Translations under genes and position numbers: made by a program
Part shown: piece after piece, positions 1-7,877 of the stretch
Position numbering within the stretch: position 1 is the first letter of the stretch
How the letters are laid out: every line of letters starts with the position of its first letter
Notes under the pieces: model-generated
What the model was told of the DNA's origin: nothing
Seen by the model: the letters and a program-made list of their open reading frames with translations, nothing else
Database searches by the model: none
Origin: a virus
IMG/VR virus record: IMGVR_UViG_3300037541_000804
Coordinates: 64,001-128,000 of that record
Length of the DNA: 64,000 bases
Reading direction: 5' to 3' (one strand)

Positions 1-719
1 CCTGTCACATACCCAGTGGAAGCTAAACTCACTATATCGGCAGCAACAAGGTAGCTTGACGGGTTTGAAGACAGGGGATAATATCTTGAATCCGCCGCGC
101 CAGTAATTAAAAACGAGCCAGTTTCGGATGGTCGAACAACCTGCCCCGTCACATATCTGCCGTCAATTGAGAAAATTACTGAACCGCCATCTCCAGTTCT
201 GAAAAGCGTAACTTCGCCATTGTTTTCATTAAAATCCCCCGAAACAACATAATAATTGTTATCTACAATCTGGTTCTGCAAGTATCCAGACAAGCCCGTG
301 ACATAGGGAATCGTCGCGTAATCGGAGAGATTTACGCCAGTAATATATCCGCTAGGATTGGTTCTCGGGTAAAAATCTAAGGAGTAAACGCCCGTTTCTG
401 TTTTTGCGACATATCCAGTAAGATAACCTGTTTCAGCGGCTCCACCTTCTCCGCTGATTAAAACAGGGACTCCATTAACTGTCGGACGGGAAATAAAATT
501 CTTTACGCCCGAAATGTTTTGATCACTAGTCAAATCAACAGCATTACCCGCTGTGGTGATTAACCCGCTTACGTCAATCAATTGTTGGTAAGTCGCAAAC
601 CCTGTAATTGGATCGCTCCCATTAGGTAGATGAGTATTGGCATGAGGATATAATGCTCCACCGATTGTTACGCTCGTACTATTCGGCGGATTAATGGTTA
701 CAGAAATATCCGTGGGCAT
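1..719 (-). CDS. Tail-fibre-like virion protein, 5' part (runs off window start)
   Basis: Not in the ORF track. My translation from ATG 719: MPTDISVTINPPNSTSVTIGGALYPHANTHLPNGSDPITG...DQNISGVKNF...YPRTNPSGYITG...YPLSSNPSSYL. Ser/Thr/Gly-rich with repeated NPSxY motifs; GTGTAAT motif 8 nt upstream. Confidence 0.6.
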   Translation of the reverse strand, partial: MPTDISVTINPPNSTSVTIGGALYPHANTHLPNGSDPITGFATYQQLIDVSGLITTAGNAVDLTSDQNISGVKNFISRPTVNGVPVLISGEGGAAETGYLTGYVAKTETGVYSLDFYPRTNPSGYITGVNLSDYATIPYVTGLSGYLQNQIVDNNYYVVSGDFNENNGEVTLFRTGDGGSVIFSIDGRYVTGQVVRPSETGSFLITGAADSRYYPLSSNPSSYLVAADIVSLASTGYVT

Positions 720-747
720 ATCTAGTAATTACACCCAAAGAGGCTAA

Positions 748-1092
748 TCACTCGAAAGAACCGCCCAACACTTCAACAGAACCCTCTAGTATTCTAAGAG
801 AGAGTCCAGAAAGTGGATAACCGTAAACTTCATGACTATAACTGTCTTTTGTCAAGGAGAGCGTTTGACTGGCTGATAAACTCATGTTGACAATACCAGA
901 AGTGGCCGAAAGTATTTCTGGCGTAAAACTTGGCCCAAGTTCGCCGTCCCAACCTCGGCGCAAAACTCCAGAAAAAGAGTAACCAGAGATTGGATATTCT
1001 CCCGAAGATGTTGCAAGGTCAAAAGTGTATGAATAGGAAGCTCCACGCTCAATAGCGTATGCTCCAGTGAGATTGTATGTTGCAGCGGCCAT
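748..1092 (-). CDS. BppU N-terminal-like baseplate/tail-fibre adaptor protein
   Basis: Pattern IERGASY...GIVNMSLSASQT...RILEGSVEV typical of these beta-sandwich virion proteins; adjacent to the fibre-like gene. Confidence 0.55.
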   Translation of the reverse strand: MAAATYNLTGAYAIERGASYSYTFDLATSSGEYPISGYSFSGVLRRGWDGELGPSFTPEILSATSGIVNMSLSASQTLSLTKDSYSHEVYGYPLSGLSLRILEGSVEVLGGSFE

Positions 1093-1583
1093 TAGTCGAA
1101 ACGAGAGTATGTGAAGTATGGATAAGTGCCGCTTTCGAAATTATTCCATCCACCGACCTGAGATGGCGTTGCGGCGTAAAGTTGATAACTATACACCATA
1201 GTGTCAATCTCGGATTTTAAATCCTTAGCTATATCATTAAACTCGCGTGCTACTTCTTTTTTATTCACGAAAGAAATCCTATTATCTCCATCGCTAACAG
1301 AAAGGATGTTATCGCCATTTGAGGACGAGTTTAAAACCCCGCGTAAGGCATTCCTTGAAGAACGTTGGTAATAATTAACCATGTATTGGCGAGCTAAAAT
1401 GTTCGCCGCAGCATTATCAATCGAGGGGTCTTCTCCCGAAAAGTTTGTGTGGATGAGCGTGTTTAATCCGCCGACATTAGCCGACAACCATCCAGAAATT
1501 TGCGAGTGAGTAGTCGCTTCTGTATCAGAGGCGAATTCCGTCGAAAAGATTTGAGAAGCAATCGTGGAATAGATGTTTGGCAT
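1092..1583 (-). CDS. Putative head-completion/head-tail adaptor protein
   Basis: 163 aa, helical N-half, downstream of major capsid gene, late motif upstream. Positional inference. Confidence 0.4.
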   Translation of the reverse strand: MPNIYSTIASQIFSTEFASDTEATTHSQISGWLSANVGGLNTLIHTNFSGEDPSIDNAAANILARQYMVNYYQRSSRNALRGVLNSSSNGDNILSVSDGDNRISFVNKKEVAREFNDIAKDLKSEIDTMVYSYQLYAATPSQVGGWNNFESGTYPYFTYSRFD

Positions 1584-1591
1584 CTATTGGA

Positions 1592-1837
1592 TTACACGGT
1601 TACGCGATAAAATGAAAAAGGCTTTTTGTCAGATAGGCTGCCTACCTTAAACTCGACTGGAGTTTGAGTTCCGTCTTTCTCAAATTTATAATGAGTATGG
1701 ATTGTTTGGCCGCAAAGAGACGTGAACGATGAGCCTCCAATTTGAATAGATGGCTTTTCGAGTTTAGAAGGATCAAATTTCTTAAACTTTCGCCGCTCCT
1801 GCCAATTGGCAAATAATTCTTTAATTTTTGCAAACAT
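1592..1837 (-). CDS. Hypothetical protein
   Basis: 81-aa ORF co-oriented in the structural operon. Confidence 0.5.
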   Translation of the reverse strand: MFAKIKELFANWQERRKFKKFDPSKLEKPSIQIGGSSFTSLCGQTIHTHYKFEKDGTQTPVEFKVGSLSDKKPFSFYRVTV

Positions 1838-1848
1838 ACTTTTGGCCG

Positions 1849-2397
1849 TTAAAATTTCATACCCAATGCTTCCATAGCCTTACGCTCTTCTGGATTACTT
1901 GGATTAAGAGGGCGACGGACAAATGGTTTGGGCATTTTATTCATGGCCCCAGCAGCAGCATTGCGCGAAAAGAACGACTCTTCTAGGTGTTTTTTGAGAA
2001 TCGGCGGACTCTCGAACTTGTTTAGCTGTAGTTTTTCGGCCAAAGCTTGCATGCTTGGGTAGGTCATATCGTTGAGCTTGGCTTTAAACGTGTCGAAATC
2101 GGTTGTGCCGAAGACGTTTGTTTGGTTGATGTTTAAGACTCGCTCAAGTTCTTCGCGGCTCACTTCGTCACTAGCAACAGCCACTTCTTGTTCGGGCGGA
2201 AGTTGGCCAGTAGTGATTTCTAGCAATTCTAGAGGGGTAGAAACCTTTTCTGCATTGTCGGCTGGAGGAAGAGATTCATAGCGACCATTCGCCACTTCTA
2301 GAGAAGGCGGGTTAAGTTTCGCAACAGCCTTGGCTAATTCGCCGATAGCTTTAGTTTGTTTTTCAAGTGCGGTGAGGATTGGGTCTTTCTTGGGCAT
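1849..2397 (-). CDS. Hypothetical protein downstream of major capsid gene
   Basis: 182-aa ORF; GTTAAT variant motif (2406-2411) 8 nt upstream. Confidence 0.6.
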   Translation of the reverse strand: MPKKDPILTALEKQTKAIGELAKAVAKLNPPSLEVANGRYESLPPADNAEKVSTPLELLEITTGQLPPEQEVAVASDEVSREELERVLNINQTNVFGTTDFDTFKAKLNDMTYPSMQALAEKLQLNKFESPPILKKHLEESFFSRNAAAGAMNKMPKPFVRRPLNPSNPEERKAMEALGMKF

Positions 2398-2415
2398 ATA
2401 AAGATATTAACAGCC

Positions 2416-2455
2416 AAAAACAAGAAACCCCACCCTTTTTCAAGAGCGGGGTTTC
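2416..2455 (-). terminator. Intrinsic terminator after major capsid gene
   Basis: GAAACCCC (2424-2431) / GGGGTTTC (2448-2455) stem followed on the minus strand by a T-rich tract. Confidence 0.65.
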
Positions 2456-2477
2456 CACACAACACACACCAAACAAC

Positions 2478-3614
2478 TTAGAGGATCAAGCCAACCAAGC
2501 CACGAACGTCGAGAACGAGACGACCTTCTTCCATACCGCCGTAGTAGCCAATCTTATCTTGGGCGCGATTAAGAACGCCGAATTGGTTGTCGGCTTGAAG
2601 ATCAAGCGTAGAGCCAGTTTCGGAATCTGTCGCGATTAGGCGAAGCAGACACTCTTTAGAACGGTCGATGCCGATCATAATCTGGTCAGATGCGTCGGTA
2701 AACGCCGCACCTTGGCCAGCCGCGAGGTCGGTGTAGGAGGTGGAGCCAGCAGCCGCTTTAAACACGGTATTGAAGCGGCGGGATTCGCCGAATTCGTTAT
2801 ACTCATGAAACGTAATTCCGAGAAACTCGCTCATACCAGCGGACTCAAAGAGTTTTTCACGAATGCTTTCAGGAGCAGCAACGCTGTCAAGAATAGCGGA
2901 AGTGATAGGAGCGGCCTTGGTGTTAATGGCGTTGTAAGCCATGCCACGGAGTTCTTCAAGAGCTTCGGGAGAAGCAAGCATATCGGTGATACGTCCTTGG
3001 GCACCAACGGGAGTACCTTTGATCCAAGAAGTATTGATACGCTTCATGCGAAGGCGAATACCAGACAAATCTTGAGGAAGGAAACGACCTGCGACACCTA
3101 CGCGGAAGACGTGGCTAAGGCCATTAGTGTTGGCATTAGCAAGAGCATTCATTAGAGGGCCAGCGGCAAAGTTATCCTGGAGATACAGGATTTCTTGGCC
3201 GAGACGGCTCATAGCTTTTGCCACAACACCAAGACGGCTTTGGGCCGCATGTTTACGAAGGAAGCTAACGGCTGTTTCCAGCTTATAGGTGTCCACAAAC
3301 ATTTCCTGAGAAGGTGGCTTAACTTCATTCGAGCCAAGACCGCCATCAGCATGCTGGCTCCAAACGGAGAAGTAACCAACGTCGTTCACGTCGCTGAATA
3401 GGTCGAGCGGAATGGTAGGATTAGTGTCCTTCTGATACGTCATAGCCGTATAGAAGTTGCCAATCGTAGGAGCATTCATGATCGCTTCGGCGAGGGGTTT
3501 TCCCATGTATTCGGCAAAGCTAGTTTGCGCCTGCATACGAACAAGCGGATCGCGGGAAGCCATCGCTTGAATAAGCTGGATTTGTTCGGGAGTTTCTTTT
3601 AGAGTAATTTTCAT
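2478..3614 (-). CDS. Major capsid protein (probable HK97 fold)
   Basis: 378 aa; order portal-protease/scaffold-decoration-capsid; followed by terminator; C-terminal IGYYGGMEEGRLVLD capsid-like strand. Confidence 0.8.
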   Translation of the reverse strand: MKITLKETPEQIQLIQAMASRDPLVRMQAQTSFAEYMGKPLAEAIMNAPTIGNFYTAMTYQKDTNPTIPLDLFSDVNDVGYFSVWSQHADGGLGSNEVKPPSQEMFVDTYKLETAVSFLRKHAAQSRLGVVAKAMSRLGQEILYLQDNFAAGPLMNALANANTNGLSHVFRVGVAGRFLPQDLSGIRLRMKRINTSWIKGTPVGAQGRITDMLASPEALEELRGMAYNAINTKAAPITSAILDSVAAPESIREKLFESAGMSEFLGITFHEYNEFGESRRFNTVFKAAAGSTSYTDLAAGQGAAFTDASDQIMIGIDRSKECLLRLIATDSETGSTLDLQADNQFGVLNRAQDKIGYYGGMEEGRLVLDVRGLVGLIL

Positions 3615-3643
3615 TGTAAAAAGGTTTTTCTAGGGTTTAGAAA

Positions 3644-4264
3644 TTATTTGCAGTCAAATTTGACCTGAGCGTATTGGCCGCTCCAACCATCTGCGTAGGT
3701 TCCAAGGCTGTTATCGCGGGAGCCAGTGCCAATTACGACGCCAAAGCGTTGAGAATCGGAGGCTGTGCAACCAGTAACCTTGCCAGAAACAGTGGAAGGC
3801 TTGATGCCATTACCAACAGTAAGGGTTCCGTCGATAGCGGAAACGCTAAGGGTAAGGATGCCCTTGGTGAGAACAGGAACATCTTGGCCTTTGACCGCCA
3901 CATTACATTCGAGAGCTTTCTGAGGATAGCGGCTAATGTATTCGCCGTTTTCATCATAAAGAGCGGTTTCCTTGAGAATGAAGCCAAGAGGAATATCGCC
4001 AGAAACGGCGGGCTTAATCTTGCGAGTTACAGATGGGCGCTGATTCCAGCCGACACCATTGTAATTGGTTTTGCCAAGATAGCTATCGCTGGAGAAGCTG
4101 ACAGGATCAAGGTCTAGATTTGCGGACGCGATGGTTGCAAGAACGCCTTCGTCGCCGAAGCCAGCGCCAGAAGTGCTTGTGTTAACATATGCATCTTCGA
4201 GAGCGAAGCCAACGACAATATCGTAGGGATTTTCTTGTTTGAATGGTAGGAGGCGTTTGGCCAT
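3644..4264 (-). CDS. Capsid decoration/cement protein
   Basis: 206 aa, beta/Gly-rich (VPVLTKGILTL), between scaffold and capsid genes. Confidence 0.55.
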   Translation of the reverse strand: MAKRLLPFKQENPYDIVVGFALEDAYVNTSTSGAGFGDEGVLATIASANLDLDPVSFSSDSYLGKTNYNGVGWNQRPSVTRKIKPAVSGDIPLGFILKETALYDENGEYISRYPQKALECNVAVKGQDVPVLTKGILTLSVSAIDGTLTVGNGIKPSTVSGKVTGCTASDSQRFGVVIGTGSRDNSLGTYADGWSGQYAQVKFDCK

Positions 4265-4281
4265 ATAGTTTTAGGGGTAGA

Positions 4282-4968
4282 TTAGTTAAAGGAAATTTTA
4301 ATATTGTCAGCGGAGAATGCTTTTGCCCAAGCTTCTTTGAGGTCTTCGGGGTTTTGGCCACCGTTGTTGTTTGGGATTTGTTTTTCGGAAGCTTTGGCTT
4401 CTTCTAGGGCTTTTTCGGCCAATTCTTTGTCGGAGAGCTTCTTGGTAGAGGCTTTGGAGATTTCAGTGAGTTTTTCAGCAACAAGTTTGTCAATTGAGGC
4501 TTTGGCTTCTTTTTCCTTGGCCTCTTTGCCTTTCTTGTTTTTGTCTTTCATCAGTTTGGCCATCTTATCTTTGTAGGAAGTGAAAGCAGCTTCGGACGAA
4601 TCGAGAGTTTTGAGGTCGCTCGCAAGGATTTGCTTGTCGTCAGCGTCAAGATCGAATTCTTCATCAAATTCAGCCATGCGAGCGCTGAAAAGGTCAGCAG
4701 CAGATTTGGCGGAAGCTTCGGCTTCAATTTTGGCGAGCTTGTCTTTTGTTTCGGCCAAATCTTTAACCAGAGCTTCTTGGGAAGCTTTAAATTCGGCGGA
4801 TTCTTTTTCGGCCTTTTCTTGCGAAGCCTTAGCCTCGTTGACTTTTGCCACATAACTTTCGGACGCTTCACGAATTTTGTCAGCCATAGCAGCTTCAAAA
4901 CCTTTCGTGGTGTTGTCTTTAATCATGTGGGCCTTGATTTCTTCGAGGATTTGTTCAAATTTTTCCAT
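4282..4968 (-). CDS. Nested in-frame scaffold protein (internal start Met282)
   Basis: In-frame ATG at 4968 begins the coiled coil (MEKFEQILEE); GTGTAAC motif at 4991-4997 just upstream. Confidence 0.5.
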   Translation of the reverse strand: MEKFEQILEEIKAHMIKDNTTKGFEAAMADKIREASESYVAKVNEAKASQEKAEKESAEFKASQEALVKDLAETKDKLAKIEAEASAKSAADLFSARMAEFDEEFDLDADDKQILASDLKTLDSSEAAFTSYKDKMAKLMKDKNKKGKEAKEKEAKASIDKLVAEKLTEISKASTKKLSDKELAEKALEEAKASEKQIPNNNGGQNPEDLKEAWAKAFSADNIKISFN

Positions 4969-5811
4969 ATTTTGCGGATGCTTGTTAGGTGTTACACTTG
5001 GTTTTTGGGATTTATCAAAATTATTTTCGGAAGATAAAGAAATTGTTGTTTTTTTCTCGGGTTCGCGGTTTGAATTGTGGGTTATAGCGCCGAGCGGCAT
5101 AATACCTGCTGGTTTTTTGGTCAACGCCACAGCCAGAGGAAGATGTTCTTTGCCGATTAAGCGGTAAATCTTTTCGCCATTATTGGTTTTGCCTTCGCCG
5201 CCGTATGCGGATAGGTATTTCTTTAATTCGCCAACGTATTTTTCGTCTCGAATGATTTCTGCCTCGTAGAAGTTTTTGCTACCAATAGCTAGGCCGAAAA
5301 CTGGAAATCCAATCTCTAGGCTTAGGCTGATACTCTTATATAGGGGGCTGTCTGGATTGGCAGAACTTTCTAGGGACGAAGCTAGTTCACTATCGGCGAT
5401 TTTATAGACTACGCCGCCAACACTGATATTGAACGGCTCTTTTGAAGCCAGCGCATCTTCCGCCGAAATAAGAACATTATCGTTATATGAGCTAAAACTA
5501 GAGGTAACTAAATGCCCAACAACTTTATCACGATTATGATTAGCGTTAACCATTTTGTTCCGCCAAAGCTGAACCGTGCCAATTGCGGCTTCTGGTTCAA
5601 GCATGTCCTCGTTTTTATTGGCGTAACCAGCGGCGCAGGCATTTGCGGCGAAAGCAAGAAGGTCGATGTTCCGATCTAGGTCGATTTCGTAAGAGGGAAT
5701 TAGCGGTCGAAGACCTTCGAGTGAGGCTTTTGAGTAAAACGGGCATTCAAAAAATGACCCGCCGTAAGAAACATTCGACTCAAAAATAGACGTATGGGCA
5801 AAATTCTCCAT
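4282..5811 (-). CDS. Prohead protease fused to coiled-coil scaffold
   Basis: N-half ANKNED...NANHNRDKVVG...SISLSLEI (His/Ser prohead-protease pattern); C-half Lys/Glu/Ala coiled coil. Confidence 0.75.
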   Translation of the reverse strand: MENFAHTSIFESNVSYGGSFFECPFYSKASLEGLRPLIPSYEIDLDRNIDLLAFAANACAAGYANKNEDMLEPEAAIGTVQLWRNKMVNANHNRDKVVGHLVTSSFSSYNDNVLISAEDALASKEPFNISVGGVVYKIADSELASSLESSANPDSPLYKSISLSLEIGFPVFGLAIGSKNFYEAEIIRDEKYVGELKKYLSAYGGEGKTNNGEKIYRLIGKEHLPLAVALTKKPAGIMPLGAITHNSNREPEKKTTISLSSENNFDKSQKPSVTPNKHPQNMEKFEQILEEIKAHMIKDNTTKGFEAAMADKIREASESYVAKVNEAKASQEKAEKESAEFKASQEALVKDLAETKDKLAKIEAEASAKSAADLFSARMAEFDEEFDLDADDKQILASDLKTLDSSEAAFTSYKDKMAKLMKDKNKKGKEAKEKEAKASIDKLVAEKLTEISKASTKKLSDKELAEKALEEAKASEKQIPNNNGGQNPEDLKEAWAKAFSADNIKISFN

Positions 5812-5861
5812 GCTGTATGGAAATTATTACACGCAAAGTTTTAGAAATAAGAAATATTCTG

Positions 5862-5970
5862 GTGTAATACTCGTTAGATAGTTGTCCTGTGAGAGGGGGA
5901 GCAATCTTCCTCTCGTTCAACTGGCGAAGGCTACCGTAACCCCTCTCACACGGTAGCCTTTTGCTTTTTC
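5862..5970 (+). ncRNA. Candidate small structured RNA / attenuator
   Basis: GTGTAAT 5862-5868; GCAA-tetraloop hairpin 5891-5914; terminator AAGGCTACCGT...ACGGTAGCCTT 5927-5960 plus T tract. Confidence 0.4.
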
Positions 5971-6207
5971 TAATCGTTTAGTTTAGCCTCAAACACGATT
6001 TTAGCGGTTATGGCAGGAAGTGAGAATCCTAGCTCCGCCGCTTTACAAAACGGAAGACTCGTTGGAGGCGCAAGTTTGATTACGAGGATAAACAAATTTC
6101 AAAGGTCGCCCTTTCTAAATCCCCATTTCTGCATGGGGAGAGGAGGGGTCTTGGCCGAGACTCTGTAGTTTTGTTTGTTGTTTTCTTTTTGCGCGGCGAA
6201 TTGCTCC

Positions 6208-6236
6208 TTGACAGGTCTGATTTATGGTTGTAGATT
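6208..6236 (+). promoter_or_regulatory. Sigma70-type promoter, ATG 6 nt after the -10
   Basis: TTGACA-17 nt-TAGATT-AACAAC-ATG(6243). Confidence 0.65.
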
Positions 6237-6242
6237 AACAAC

Positions 6243-6944
6243 ATGACCCGCGATTGCTACCAAATCATCACAGACGAATCAGCCCTCAAGAATTTTATTG
6301 GGTGGTTGCCCGAACTTGGCCCGAATGAGAAATTTTATTTGGCACTTTTCGCTAGAAAAAAATATAATAACACTGTTCCGTGGATTAAAACAGATAAGGC
6401 TCAATTAAAAAGATTTCTGAGCGACAAACCTAGAATGCTCGATAAAATTAAGCAACTGGAAGTCCCTTTCGGCGCGTATAATTTTGACGGAAATCCAGCG
6501 CCACAAGATTCTCTGGCACTTTACATTACGCCGAATCCTCGCGATATGTGGAAGGCTGTCCCTCGCAGCATCAAGGTATTAGCCACAGTAATTGAATGCT
6601 CTGGCAAAAATTCTAACCCGCATCAGGAAGTAATGTCAGAAATCCACCGAACTTGCGGCCAAAAGGTGTTTATCGACTTTGACGTTGACTCCAAGGACTG
6701 CGAAATCGTTAAACAGGCCGTAAATCTTGTTGATGGCAAGTGCGAATTACTAGAAACTCGCGGCGGATACCATCTTTTGGTTCGCACGAAAGATGCAAAG
6801 GCGGGATTCTCTGAAAAGTTCTGGTATAAAAAACTAGTGGCTTTGGCAGATGTAAGCGCTGATCCAAATAGCGTAATCCCCGTAGTTGGATGCACGCAAG
6901 GAATGTTCACTCCAAAATTTGTTGATCCAAAAGATTTTTCTTGA
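6243..6944 (+). CDS. AEP (primase-polymerase superfamily)-like protein
   Basis: Motif I FIDFDVD and motif II ETRGGYHLL of archaeo-eukaryotic primases. Confidence 0.6.
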   Translation: MTRDCYQIITDESALKNFIGWLPELGPNEKFYLALFARKKYNNTVPWIKTDKAQLKRFLSDKPRMLDKIKQLEVPFGAYNFDGNPAPQDSLALYITPNPRDMWKAVPRSIKVLATVIECSGKNSNPHQEVMSEIHRTCGQKVFIDFDVDSKDCEIVKQAVNLVDGKCELLETRGGYHLLVRTKDAKAGFSEKFWYKKLVALADVSADPNSVIPVVGCTQGMFTPKFVDPKDFS

Positions 6945-6987
6945 CAGCGGCCCAATCTCCCTTATATTCCCACTACCCTAAAACACC

Positions 6988-7440
6988 ATGAACATCAGCA
7001 AAGCCCTAAAAGTAAAAAACCGCCTAATCGGCGAAGTCAACCGTCTCCAAGAACTCGTTAAGCGCGAAAACTCACGCCGAAACGACAACACTTCGACAGT
7101 TGATGTGGCAGAAACCGTTTCTCTTCTGGAAACTGCCCGCGAAAAACTCGTTTCTCTAAAGGGAGCGGTCAATGAAGCTTCCGCGCCAATTTCTAAAAAG
7201 TTGGCAGATTTGGCCGAAACAAAATCCCAAATCAACTTCTACAATTCCATCCCTTCAAGGGAGGGTGAAGAGCTTACCCTCATTGGCTCCAACCGAGAAA
7301 AGCTTTCCTATATGTGGACAGCCCATCTTAATCGGGAGAAGCTGGACGCAAAAGTGGTTGAGCTACAAGAGAAAACAAACGCCCTTCAAGACGAAATCGA
7401 CACCTTCAACGCTCAAACGCAGGTAAATTTCGCCGAATAA
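6988..7440 (+). CDS. DIP1984/DUF6847-like coiled-coil protein
   Basis: N-term MNISKALKVKNRL, C-term LQDEIDTFNAQTQV, 150 aa all-helical; resembles the family as I recall it. Confidence 0.6.
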   Translation: MNISKALKVKNRLIGEVNRLQELVKRENSRRNDNTSTVDVAETVSLLETAREKLVSLKGAVNEASAPISKKLADLAETKSQINFYNSIPSREGEELTLIGSNREKLSYMWTAHLNREKLDAKVVELQEKTNALQDEIDTFNAQTQVNFAE

Positions 7441-7443
7441 TTT

Positions 7444-7620
7444 GGCTATAGGAGGGAGAAAGGCCGATATACTTCACTATCGCCTTCGATAAAGCGTGAA
7501 AGTCTTCGGCGATTTGTAAAGACTGACACGGCAAAATTGAAAAGCGTGGTTTGTAAGGTTTAAGACTAAACCCTTAAAAATAAAAACGTGGCTTCGGCAG
7601 AATCACCCCTCTAAATAACC
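7444..7620 (+). ncRNA. Candidate ~180-nt structured RNA after the DUF6847-like gene
   Basis: Ends pair (GGCTATAGGAGGG / CCCCTCTAAATAACC); four internal hairpins; repeated short motifs; followed by a terminator. Confidence 0.55.
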
Positions 7621-7661
7621 CGCTCGCCTGTTGGAGAAATCCGCAGGCGGGCGCTCCTTTT
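7621..7661 (+). terminator. Intrinsic terminator
   Basis: CGCTCGCCTG...CAGGCGGGCG GC-rich hairpin followed by CTCCTTTT. Confidence 0.6.
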
Positions 7662-7668
7662 CAAAAAT

Positions 7669-7836
7669 ATGAAAAAATACACCCTAACCCATAACCGCCA
7701 AACTTCAACCGTTCATGCGAACAGCGCCCTAGAAGCGTTAATTGATTATTCTCTGTTCCTAAAAAAGAACGGCCAAAACAAATTCCAATTAGAAGTAACA
7801 AAAGACGGCCAAAAGTTGGGCATTTGGGTTCGGTAG
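7669..7836 (+). CDS. Small hypothetical protein (55 aa, MKKYTLTHNR...)
   Basis: Own translation; co-oriented with the inverted island, A-rich upstream sequence. Confidence 0.45.
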   Translation: MKKYTLTHNRQTSTVHANSALEALIDYSLFLKKNGQNKFQLEVTKDGQKLGIWVR

Positions 7837-7877
7837 CTATGAAATACCACCACATTAAATCCTTAGCAAGGAAACCT

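Noticed and set aside
6000-6200. Possible further RNA or gene remnant
   Set aside because: Only short hairpins and no coherent structure or ORF that I could support.
7661-7855. 64-aa minus-strand ORF
   Set aside because: The plus-strand 55-aa ORF at 7669-7836 fits the local orientation better.
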